This document shows positions 10,827-19,702 of a DNA stretch of 32,000 bases, piece after piece. The translations under genes were made by a program, and so were the position numbers. Position 1 is the stretch's first letter; the number at the start of each line of letters is the position of its first letter. Below the pieces are notes generated by a model. That model had not been told where the DNA came from, searched no databases, and worked only from the letters and a program-made list of their open reading frames with translations. The stretch lies in NCBI RefSeq assembly GCF_002803295.2, contig NZ_PGGB02000003.1:90210-122209 (forward strand), read 5' to 3'. This DNA is from Caedibacter taeniospiralis. GTDB taxonomy: Bacteria; Pseudomonadota; Gammaproteobacteria; Francisellales; Francisellaceae.

Positions 10827-11810
10827 TTACTTATTTTCTTTTATATCTGCTGTATTACCCTCAGACTTTGACGATAAGCCCGTCGCTAAATAGTCCCTGA
10901 TAATAAAGCGTGGACGTTTGCGTACCTCTTCATAAATTCGCCCGATATACTCCCCAACGATGCCAAGCCCCATCAGGAGCATACCGATAAGGAAATACAT
11001 AATGGCAAACAAGGTAAAAACGCCATCGGCATCAGGTCCCCAAAAAATGCGTTTTACGATCAAAAAGACAAATAGCAAAATACTTAAAAATGACACAATA
11101 AGCCCAGACATCGTAAAGAATTCCAGTGGGGCTTTTGAAAAATTAGCGAAGAAGTCAAAATTGTACCGAATAAGCTTATACAGGTTATAGCTTGATTTGC
11201 CCTGTTCGCGTGCCGCGTGCCTGACCCCGACATCCGTGGGATTTGATGAAAAACTATGCGCTAACGCAGGCAAAAAGGTGGAGTTTTCGCCCGTTGCCAC
11301 CACGCGATCAATCACCTCACGCGTATACGCCCTTAACATGCAGCCTTCATCGACCATATCAATTCCCGTGAGTTTCAATCGCAAGGAGTTATGAAGTTTG
11401 GATACTAACAAACGCCATTTTTTATCCTGGCGATCCATACGATAACCACCAACGACATCGTGCCCTTGTTCAATTTTTTCCAATAATAAGGGAATATCTT
11501 CAGGATAGTTCTGTAAATCAGCATCCATGGTGACAACAACATCACCATCGACGTGTTCAAAACCCGCCATAATCGCCATATGCTGCCCAAAGTTACGGTT
11601 AAAGTTAATGACTTTGACCTCGGTTGGACGCTCTTCATAAATCTTACGCAGAAGATCAATGGACTTGTCTTTGCTGCCATCATTGGTAAAAACTACCTCA
11701 TAGGGTTTGTTAATCGCGTCTAAAGCAGGGAAAAGACGAGAGAATAGCGTTGGTAGCACTTCTTCTTCGTTGTAAACTGGAATTACTACACTTAAATAGG
11801 GTTTGGTCAT
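10827..11810 (-). CDS. arnC: Undecaprenyl-phosphate 4-deoxy-4-formamido-L-arabinose transferase-like glycosyltransferase
   Basis: GT2 motifs LSVVIPVYNEEEVL, GDVVVTMDADLQNYPEDIP, GVRHAAREQGKSSYNLYKL, two C-terminal TM helices; sits next to arnB. Confidence 0.85.
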   Translation of the reverse strand: MTKPYLSVVIPVYNEEEVLPTLFSRLFPALDAINKPYEVVFTNDGSKDKSIDLLRKIYEERPTEVKVINFNRNFGQHMAIMAGFEHVDGDVVVTMDADLQNYPEDIPLLLEKIEQGHDVVGGYRMDRQDKKWRLLVSKLHNSLRLKLTGIDMVDEGCMLRAYTREVIDRVVATGENSTFLPALAHSFSSNPTDVGVRHAAREQGKSSYNLYKLIRYNFDFFANFSKAPLEFFTMSGLIVSFLSILLFVFLIVKRIFWGPDADGVFTLFAIMYFLIGMLLMGLGIVGEYIGRIYEEVRKRPRFIIRDYLATGLSSKSEGNTADIKENK

Positions 11811-11819
11811 TTTTGATCC

Positions 11820-12974
11820 TTAAACTTTTAATATTTTATGTAACGCCTCTAACACATCGTCTTGATCTTTAATCGTCATGTCAGGGAAAAGCGGTAAACT
11901 AATGACGTTCGCGCCAATTTCTTCAGCATTGGGGAAGTCACCTTTTTTAAAACCATATTTATTAACGTAATAAGGGTACAAATGCGCCGCTTCATAGTGC
12001 ACTCCGCAGCCGATATTCATCTCTTTGAGTCGACTCATGAGCTCATCACGCGTTATTTGTGCAACTTGAGCATTCAATGTTGGCGCAAACAAATGCCAGG
12101 CGTGCTTGTGCTCAAAACCTGGCGCCTTTGGCAATATGAGCGCATCAAAATCAGCAAACTTTTCATAGTACCGTTTAACAAGCCTGGTACGTTTTTCAAT
12201 AAAGCCGTCTAATGCGGGCAGCTGATGCACGCCCAATGCTGCCTGCAAATCCATCATATTATATTTAAAGCCAGGGTAAATGATCTGATAATGTGCACTA
12301 CCCTCTTTGCCAAAACGATTCCACGCCTCGCGATCCATGCCGTGAAAGCGCGTCAATGAGATATGCCTGGCAGTCGCCTCATCCCGTGTAACAACGCACC
12401 CTCCTTCACCCGTGGTCATATTTTTGTTCGGATGAAAACTAAAAACCTGAATATCACCGAATGTCCCAAGTTTTTTGCCTTTATATTCAGCACCGATGGA
12501 GTGCGCAGCATCTTCAACAACGGTTAAATGATATTTTCTAGCCAAAGCGTAAATAGGATCCAGATCAACCGAGAGTCCCGCAAAGTGGACAGGCATAATA
12601 ACCCTGGTGTTTTTGGTAATCGCTGCCTCAATTTTATTAACATCAATATTGTAAGTGCCGCGATCAACATCGACTAGTTTCAATTTCGCGCCAACAATCT
12701 CAATAACATTTAACGTTGCTGCAAAGGTCATCGGTGTCGTAATCACCTCATCTTCAGGTTTCAGATCAAGTGCCAAAAGCGCTAAATGCAATCCTGCCGT
12801 AGCTGAGCTTAAACAAAGCGCATGAGGCGCTTGATGATATTCCTGCAGCATGCTTTCAAATTTCTTAAGCTTGGGACCTGTAGTCAGCCAGCCTGAACGT
12901 AAACTATCCACAACATCAGCAATCGCTTCTTCTGATATACTCGGTTTGGCAAAAGGTAAAAATGTGTCTCTCAT
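11820..12974 (-). CDS. arnB: UDP-4-amino-4-deoxy-L-arabinose--oxoglutarate aminotransferase (DegT/DnrJ/EryC1 family)
   Basis: FLPFAKPSISEEAIADVVDSLRSGWLTTGPK, VEDAAHSIGAEYKGKKLGTFGDIQVFSFHPNKNMTTGEGG (PLP lysine). Confidence 0.92.
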   Translation of the reverse strand: MRDTFLPFAKPSISEEAIADVVDSLRSGWLTTGPKLKKFESMLQEYHQAPHALCLSSATAGLHLALLALDLKPEDEVITTPMTFAATLNVIEIVGAKLKLVDVDRGTYNIDVNKIEAAITKNTRVIMPVHFAGLSVDLDPIYALARKYHLTVVEDAAHSIGAEYKGKKLGTFGDIQVFSFHPNKNMTTGEGGCVVTRDEATARHISLTRFHGMDREAWNRFGKEGSAHYQIIYPGFKYNMMDLQAALGVHQLPALDGFIEKRTRLVKRYYEKFADFDALILPKAPGFEHKHAWHLFAPTLNAQVAQITRDELMSRLKEMNIGCGVHYEAAHLYPYYVNKYGFKKGDFPNAEEIGANVISLPLFPDMTIKDQDDVLEALHKILKV

Positions 12975-13007
12975 TGATTTATCTCTATAAAGTTAATTGA
13001 TTTTGGT

Positions 13008-13379
13008 TTATGGCTTGGCAACTAAGTAAACCCCTAAAATAATCACAAAAATGCCTGCAATTCGCGTTGCTGTTAAGGTTTCCCCCAGCATAAAATAGCC
13101 TGCAACCGCCGTCACAATATAGCCAATAGATACCATGGGATACGCCAAGCCAACAGGTACGCGCGACAATACCAGAAGCCACACAACAACACTGATGACG
13201 TAGCACATAAGCCCAAGAATCACAAAATAACTGGTCGCCACTTTCCAACCAATTGGCCAGATGTTGGCAAAGCTAAAACTAAACTCGCCGATTCGATCCA
13301 TCCCAAACTTTAAAAACAGCTGTGCTGAGGCGTTTAATAACACGCCAAATAGCAGCAGACACCAAACGACCAGGGTCAT
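13008..13379 (-). CDS. SMR/EamA-type small membrane protein, ArnE/ArnF-like flippase subunit
   Basis: ~123 aa, four TM helices; SAQLFLKFGM and PVGLAYPMVSIGYIVTAVAGYFMLGETLTATRIAGIFVIILGVYLVA; directly upstream of arnB on the same strand. Confidence 0.75.
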   Translation of the reverse strand: MTLVVWCLLLFGVLLNASAQLFLKFGMDRIGEFSFSFANIWPIGWKVATSYFVILGLMCYVISVVVWLLVLSRVPVGLAYPMVSIGYIVTAVAGYFMLGETLTATRIAGIFVIILGVYLVAKP

Positions 13380-13892
13380 TTTATTTTATCCTCCTATGAC
13401 TTAAAACCGCCAGATAACGGACTTAAGTTTGAATCACATTCAGTAGACTGGCATTGTAATGACTTTGGCTATCAAAAACAAACAAAGTCTGGTGGTCACC
13501 ATAGCTTTGCCCACTTTAGTACCAGGCGAGGCAATCCATAAAACAGCGCTGGATTGCCGCGTCGCTCCCCCTTTTTATCATTCCAACGACATGAAGCTGA
13601 AGCTTAGAGTTTCAAACATTAAAGCTTTGACCACTTTGCTGCAGTTACTATAAATGCTATGCCCTATAAAGTTTAAGTGCGCAAAAAAAGACTTAAAAAT
13701 CATCATTTTGTTGAATTTACTTAGATTACTTAAACTACTGTGACTATCAGTGATAATATAAGCTCAGATATACAACAAAATATAGCCTATTACAACACAT
13801 GCTTATGAGAACCCTAAGCAGCTTCGCTTAAGGGAATCCATATTCACCTGGTTGAACGAGGTCAAAACCATAGTAAAAAACGTGGAGAAAAA

Positions 13893-15903
13893 ATGGGAAC
13901 GGCATTAGAAACCCTGCATGAAAAGATTAAAGGCGAATATAGTAATAAGCTGAAAAACAAGGAAACACTGCAGGATGAGAAAACACTGGCAGATACAGAG
14001 CAATATAAGCTAATTGTAGAAAGATTACATTCCACTGAATTTGAAACTAAGCTTGTCGAGTATTTTAAGCCATCTGAGAATAAAACGTCAGATAATCTCA
14101 CCACCAAGACCAAAAAGTCTCAGCAACCGACGACTACACCGTTAGATAACTTTTACACCTCGCTAGAGCAACTTGCTCAAAATTTTTCTTTACTGGAAAA
14201 AATACTTGATGAGGATAATTTCAAGCCTGAGTATAAATTTACAAATCCAGAGGTTCAATCAACGTGGCTAGGAAAATGCAAGAACAATCCCAAACTATAT
14301 CTGGATAACCGTCACATACCAATGATTGAAGCATGTACTTGGGAGGGAGAAAGAAAAAACAACCATCCTCAACCTTTTAAAAAGCTTGATAATAAGATTG
14401 CCAAGCAGCTAGTGGAGAGCAAGGTTACCGATTTAATGGTAAATGCTACTTTTCCAAGTGCAACGAAGGATCCACAATTGGCAAGGTTATTTTATGATTT
14501 TCAGCATAGATTTTCCCAACTAACGCCTGAATATTTTGACCAGATTATTGGATTGCCAGTCAGAACGATAGATAGCAAAATTCCTGAGAATAATTTCACA
14601 TTCAGATAAATATACGTTTCGTAAGCTCAAAACGGATGATCGTGCGGGTTATATTTTGGGGCACTTAAGTTATTGCTGTCAAAGCATAGGAGCTGAGGGG
14701 GATAGCTGTGCGCGTTATGGGATGCAGGAAGAAAATAGCGGTTTTTATGTTGTTGAAGATAAGAAAGGCGATATTGTTGGTCAAGGCTGGGCAGTTTTGT
14801 ACGAAGAAAAGGGGAAGCAAGTTTTAGCAATTGACTCCTGGGAAAACATACAGGATAGGTTGTCGGATAATGAGAGTAGCAAGCTGTTAGCGCACTTTGG
14901 CTATCTTTGTAAGGAGAATCAGAAGATTGACGAAATTAGGCTGGGTGTGGGCTCTGGATTTGGCGCAAGGATGGCGGATAATAAAGGACTTGTAAAAATA
15001 GAGCAGCCAACGTACCCAAACTCTGAAAAGTATAATGACGGTCAAAAGTTGTATCGTGATGGTGCAACTGCAGTAGCTATAGACTCTAAAAAGTTGGAAT
15101 CTGCTAAAACAATGAACTCTGAAAGTCATACCAGACAGAATGATAAATTGACTTTGAGTATCAACAATGTGGAGCAGGATTATGTTGCCTCCCAAATCAG
15201 TGCAATTACTAGTGCTGCAGATCTGTGTAAATTGATTTGTGGCTTGCCAAAAGAGTATGGTAATAAAGTAATAGATACAGTAGCCGATCAGCTTGGTGGT
15301 GACGATGGGTTGATCAGGGATGCCTATCAATTAGAGGCTTTACTCAAAGTGGTAAGCTCAGAACAACAAACATTTGTTTTAAAGAAAGTAGCCGATCAGC
15401 TTGGTGGTGACGATGGGTTAATCGGGGATGCCTATCAGTTAGGGGCTTTACTCAAAGTGATAGGCTCAGAACAACAAACATTTGTTTTAAAGAAAGTAGC
15501 CGAGCAGCTTGTTGGGTTGATTGACCATAACTATTCGAATCAGTTAGAAGACTTACTCAAGGCGGTAGGTCCTGCACAACAAACACTTATTTTAGAGAAA
15601 GTAGCCGAGCAGCTTGTTGGTGAGAATGGATGGATTGGCTCTAGCCGCTCATTAATGAGTTTACTTGAAGCGGTGGGTTCAGAACAACAAACATTCATTT
15701 TAAACCTGGTTGCTGACAGTCTGTTGAATACAGCCTTGCTAGAGGGGATGCCTGACGAGCTAAAATCAGATGTTATGCGTAGACGCGCAGAAATGACAGA
15801 ACATTCGTCTCCACCCGGTACATCTGGGAAAACTAATACACATTATGAGGAAATTTTTATGCCGACTGAAAAGGGGTCACTCCATTGTGGACCTGGGGTA
15901 TAA
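13893..15903 (+). pseudogene. Putative effector-like protein with CCQSIG-type core and C-terminal tandem repeats; split by one apparent frameshift
   Basis: SD-like GGAG upstream of the ATG at 13893. Frame 3 ORF stops at 14609. Frame 1 is open through the junction (HSDKYTFRKLKTDDRAGYILGHLSYCCQSIGAEGDSCARYGMQ...) and runs to 15903. The ORF-track start at 14656 is a TTG inside the domain, so it is not a convincing true start. Confidence 0.6.
15280..15708 (+). repeat. In-frame tandem repeats, ~108 nt / 36 aa, four units (third is 105 nt)
   Basis: Units begin at 15280, 15388, 15496 and 15601, with consensus VA[DE]QL[GV]G...L..LLK[AV]V[GS][SP][EA]QQTF[VI]L[KE]K. Units 1 and 2 are near-identical at the DNA level. 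Confidence 0.92.
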
Positions 15904-15905
15904 CT

Positions 15906-15925
15906 CCCCTTCACGTGTGAAGGGG
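15906..15925. repeat. Short partial copy of the CCCCTTCAC/GTGAAGGGG palindrome
   Basis: CCCCTTCACGTGTGAAGGGG directly after the stop codon of the effector-like ORF. Confidence 0.65.
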
Positions 15926-16071
15926 AATTTAGCGCCCACAAATTTGGAATGCGCCCTTTGAAAAGCCTAAAAAGTCTCAAAGTTATGGCGCTGAAGTCTG
16001 ACTCAATTTTACTTGCTGAAAAATCATGTGGAGTAAGAGCTAAGGTCTCGTACCTGGGAAAAACCAGCTAT

Positions 16072-16578
16072 CTAGCTCCATAAAATGACTCCTATGAATT
16101 GCAGAGCATTGCATTTAATACTCCCAATCAATGCTGTATAGCTCACTTTTTCCTGCTCTAAACGCACATTTTTACCATACACGTTGCTGGTAAGCTTTTG
16201 ATATAAGTCCAACTCATCATTTGTTAAACGTGAAAGCACTCGATGTTCAGGTTTGGGTTCTTCTCCCCAAAACTCTTTGTGACTCAGCAGGGTTTTTTCA
16301 TCCATCAAGAGACTTTTCACCTGCGGCAGTTTGGTGCGAAGCTGATCTAAAATCGCAAAACCATGGCTATCGATATCGCCCCAATAATAAATATTGACAT
16401 TATGTAGCCAGGTAATTTGCGCTAAATTTTCAAATCCATAGCCAGCACCGAATATCACAAGACTATGCTTAAGCCTTGGGAAACAGAGAAAATTGATTTC
16501 ATTTTCGGTAAAAAATACATTCTGCAGGTTTTGCTTTATTTGCGGCAAAGTAATGAGCGTATCAAAATCGCGACTATT
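16072..16578 (-). pseudogene. jetD: Wadjet JetD C-terminal fragment (DUF2220, topoisomerase VI A/TOPRIM-like)
   Basis: RDFDTLITLPQIKQNLQNVFFTENEINFLCFPRLKHSLVIFGAGYGFENLAQITWLHNVNIYYWGDIDSHGFAILDQLRTKLPQVKSLLMDEKTLL...NVRLEQEKV is a recognisable JetD C-terminal region; the N-terminal half of a normal JetD is absent. Confidence 0.8.
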
Positions 16579-16594
16579 AACGCCTCATCAATTA

Positions 16595-16777
16595 CTACAA
16601 AACGAAATGTGCGAGATCGGGTATTTGTCCATTCCAAACCAAACTGATACGCCAAACCTGCTTATCACAAGTCCCCCAGTTAAACACTTCAAGTCTTTCT
16701 AAACGAAAACCACTTAAGCGAATATCATCTAAATCATCAAAGTTTGCATCAATATTTAAGTCCAGTTGTTCAGCCAT
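16595..16777 (-). pseudogene. jetC: Wadjet JetC (MukB/SMC-like ATPase) N-terminal fragment
   Basis: [29 protein letters not shown] matches the start of JetC-type ATPases, but the Walker A segment (GDIGSGKS-like) that should follow immediately is missing. ATG overlaps the jetB stop (TAATG). Confidence 0.7.
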
Positions 16778-17430
16778 TATTTTTTATCCTGTAGATATTG
16801 CTTGTATTCCCCTAGCTTTTGCTCAAACTCAGACAACCACTGTGCATCGACAAACGCTTTAATAATCCGTTTGACTTCATATCGCGCCTCGGTAGCCTGA
16901 GAGCTTTGTTTTAGTTTGTACAAAAAGCCAAGCTCAACCACTTTATTGATATGCTTTTCGATTTGATCCGTAAGCTTCACCTCATTGCTTGATTCGGGTA
17001 AAAACACCTTCAAAAGTTCGACGATTTCAGCTCTGGTCAATACCAATCGCGTATCCGATCCAGAGGCATCAAATTCAGCGAGCTTCTTTCTGAGCAGGGC
17101 TAACAACAGGCTCACAGGGAAAGACAGTGGTCTTCTAGCAAATAATCTAAGCTCTGAGGCACTATTATTGTGATCAGTTTCTTCGCCATCTATCGGCATC
17201 TGTTTTGCGCGTAAAAAGGCGTAGCCTTCAGCTTCATCTAAAATAAGCTCAAGCGCAAGCACCTCAATGTAATCGCAAACCTGGGCATGCAAACGAATCA
17301 AAGCATTCCAACGCTTAGGATCCGTATCCTGATAAATCACGCCTTTAAGCAGGGAGATCACAATGGGTGATAACCCAACTGAACTGTCAGCGTTTTCTTC
17401 TAAATCTAAACTCAATTGATCACTGTTCAT
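16777..17430 (-). CDS. jetB: Wadjet JetB (MukE-like, DUF4194)
   Basis: [81 protein letters not shown]; size and position between jetA and jetC fit DUF4194. Confidence 0.82.
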   Translation of the reverse strand: MNSDQLSLDLEENADSSVGLSPIVISLLKGVIYQDTDPKRWNALIRLHAQVCDYIEVLALELILDEAEGYAFLRAKQMPIDGEETDHNNSASELRLFARRPLSFPVSLLLALLRKKLAEFDASGSDTRLVLTRAEIVELLKVFLPESSNEVKLTDQIEKHINKVVELGFLYKLKQSSQATEARYEVKRIIKAFVDAQWLSEFEQKLGEYKQYLQDKK

Positions 17431-17470
17431 CGTTATACTTCATTTGATTTGATTTGATTTGATTGATTGT

Positions 17471-18926
17471 TTACTTAAAATACAATATGCGAGGAAATGT
17501 GGCGCTTCTTGTTACATGCGGCAGGTCTTTTGCCTCAACTTGCCAGCTAATCGTATCTTCCTTGCTTTCATCCACGATTACACTAAAGCGATCTTTATAC
17601 GTATCACTATCCATTTCCAGATAAGCCACAAGCTCAGCTAAACCCTGTGTTAATGGACGCAAGTTGCATAATTCCACTAAAGTGGCTTGCGACTTCCGCT
17701 GCAAATGCTTACGAATATGCTGGGCAATAGCCTGTTTATCGATAATGGTTTGTGAAAAAAAACGCTTGGATCAGCATCCTCAAGACCTTCTGTAATCTTG
17801 ATATTTGCAAGCTTAACTTTCAATGGCGGTCGATAAAGGGTGCGCTCCATGGGTAAATCAATGACAGCACTGGCAGAATCAATTAACATAAATGGGGTTG
17901 CTGCGTCAACGCTAAAAAAGCGCTCTCTATCGGATAACGCAGATGATTCAATACCATGAATAATCTCCATAATTCGTTTATTTTCCAGACATGCCTGATC
18001 ATCTAAAAAGCGGCGTAGTTGTGATGATAATTGTGCTACAGTTCGTTGTGTATGTTCTCCTGCCTCCAACCAATCGTAGTGGATGCGATTAGTGCGTCTA
18101 TCTGGATTCAGTGAAGCAACGGCTGATAACTTAAGTGTGTCATTGAGCATTTTACTAAAATCTTCCTGGCGACTTGGCGACATCAAAAAATCCCAAAATG
18201 CCTGGAAACTTGTGCCTTGATCAGAATCGGCAATGGCATCTCGTTCTCCCATAATACCCTCAAGCAGCTCTCCTTTTTTGCCACCCCATAAGGCAATTCG
18301 CTCGCGCACACTTCTATCTAAGAGTGCGAAAGTTATGCTCAACCTGACGAAAATCAGATAATAGCTCACGCGCTTGCTGACTAAATTGCATAAAGCGATC
18401 TTTAAGCGCAATATCATCTAACAGCGTCATATTGCCCTGCATGACTTGTGCAATCTCTGCATCGATTATCTGGCGCTGTTTCTTAAGCTCTTGCAATCTC
18501 ACTTCAGGGCCTATGGCACTGCCTTGAGTAATTTGTTTGAGTAGATCAAATAACATTAAAAGTCTGGACTCTGTGCCAACAAAACTGCGCTGCCCCAAAG
18601 AGGATAGCCACGAAATGGCTTTTTCAGTGGCAGGCATTAAATCAAAATAAGCCTCATCTGAATCCTGACGATAAAATCGCCGCCCAGTCATTCAAATAAT
18701 CACGAGCTGGTTTGGGAAAGCTTCGTTCTCCCAATCTTTCTCTTAACTCGAACAAAACGTCTTCAAGAGCTTCAATCAGATCAGCTTCAGCAACAACGCG
18801 GACGTTCTCAGCAATAAAGACACGATTCAAAAAGCTTGCAATTAAAGGGGCATGCGGACTGACCAATAAGCGCCAGGCAGGATGATTTTGACGAAGTGAT
18901 TCCAGGGTTTGATAATCAAGCTGCAT
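17471..18926 (-). pseudogene. jetA: Wadjet JetA (MukF-like, DUF3375) broken by three frameshifts
   Basis: Four overlapping ORFs (18926-18654, 18691-18314, 18417-17677, 17704-17471) read as one ~485-aa protein: MQLDYQTLESLRQNHPAWRLLVSPHAPLIASFLNRVF...RRFYRQDSDEAYFDLMPATEKAISWL...DRSVRERIALWGGKKGELL...QTIIDKQAIAQHIRKHLQRKSQATLVELC...QGLAELVAYL. Confidence 0.85.
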
Positions 18927-19251
18927 AAAGAATTTACCGCAATCTCTTAAAAAGAAAGTATTTCAAAAACAAATCGGCATTGTAACGCGTGCTGGCTAAC
19001 AGAAAAACCTGATTTTTTGTAACTGGCACAATTATTGTTTATGCAACTGTATTTAGTTGCAATAAAAGCAAATCAACTAGGCACTTCAGTTAATGATTTC
19101 ATAAAATCAGCGATCAATAATCAACTCAACTCCAACATTCTGTAAGTTAATGGCACTAAGTTAAGCTGTTTTTAGGACCACCCCATCTGCCGCTTCGCAT
19201 TGTCTTCTAGCTGCGCACAAAGCTTGCAGCGTTCAGCGTTGAGTGCATAGG

Positions 19252-19375
19252 GATCTCAAATTTAATAAGATACCCATTTATTTTGACGGTAGTAGGGTGG
19301 ATAAGCCGAAGGCACATCCATCAATACTCAACCTATTTGCTTTTCTGCGTGGATGCGCCTTCGGCTTATCCACCC
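19252..19375. repeat. Dispersed repeat with 26-nt inverted arms (GGGTGGATAAGCCGAAGGCACATCCA), full copy
   Basis: Left arm 19295..19320 and right arm 19350..19375 are complementary at 25/26 positions; the preceding ~40 nt are shared with 29332..29396. Confidence 0.8.
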
Positions 19376-19702
19376 CACACTGAGGTACGTTATTAACCTG
19401 GAGATCCTATAAAACAGTTAAACAGTAGCTGCACTCGTTCCTCCCCCATCTTCTAGCCCCCATCCAATGTTTTTGCCTCTTTTTTGTAAAAATCCTGGTA
19501 ATCGTGGTTTATCCAAAACTCAAAAAGGCTTTGCATAGCCTTGTACTTGACTTCACCTATCTCACCATTGCTCTGCTTGCCGCCAAAAGTTTTTATAGCA
19601 TGATTAAAATCCCTTGCAGAAGGGAAGAAGTCCATATATACCGCCCGTAAACCATTTTGTAATCGTTCCCGATTATGCCAAAATAACTCACCGCTAGAGT
19701 AT

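Noticed and set aside
12985-13248. 87-aa ORF overlapping the ArnE/F-like gene in another frame
   Set aside because: Same strand, out-of-frame within a convincing four-TM protein; spurious.
13459-13653. 64-aa plus-strand ORF (MTLAIKNKQSLVVTIALPTLV...)
   Set aside because: No homology signature; resembles a translated intergenic repeat.
13720-13892. Possible PmrA-type box upstream of the effector-like gene (CTTAGATTACTTAAA near 13718-13740)
   Set aside because: Half-site sequence and spacing do not fit the tandem TTAA-type PmrA consensus well enough to claim regulation.
15280-15708. Regular repeats considered as CRISPR or VNTR
   Set aside because: Repeats are contiguous, in frame and coding (~36 aa), without spacers; not a CRISPR array.
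16465-16702. Plus-strand ORFs of 60 and 69 aa over the jetC/jetD junction
   Set aside because: Antisense to the recognisable JetD/JetC fragments; chance ORFs.
19453-19635. 60-aa minus-strand ORF ([60 protein letters not shown])
   Set aside because: Could be a gene remnant, but no family could be assigned and there is no clear supporting context; not reported as a feature.
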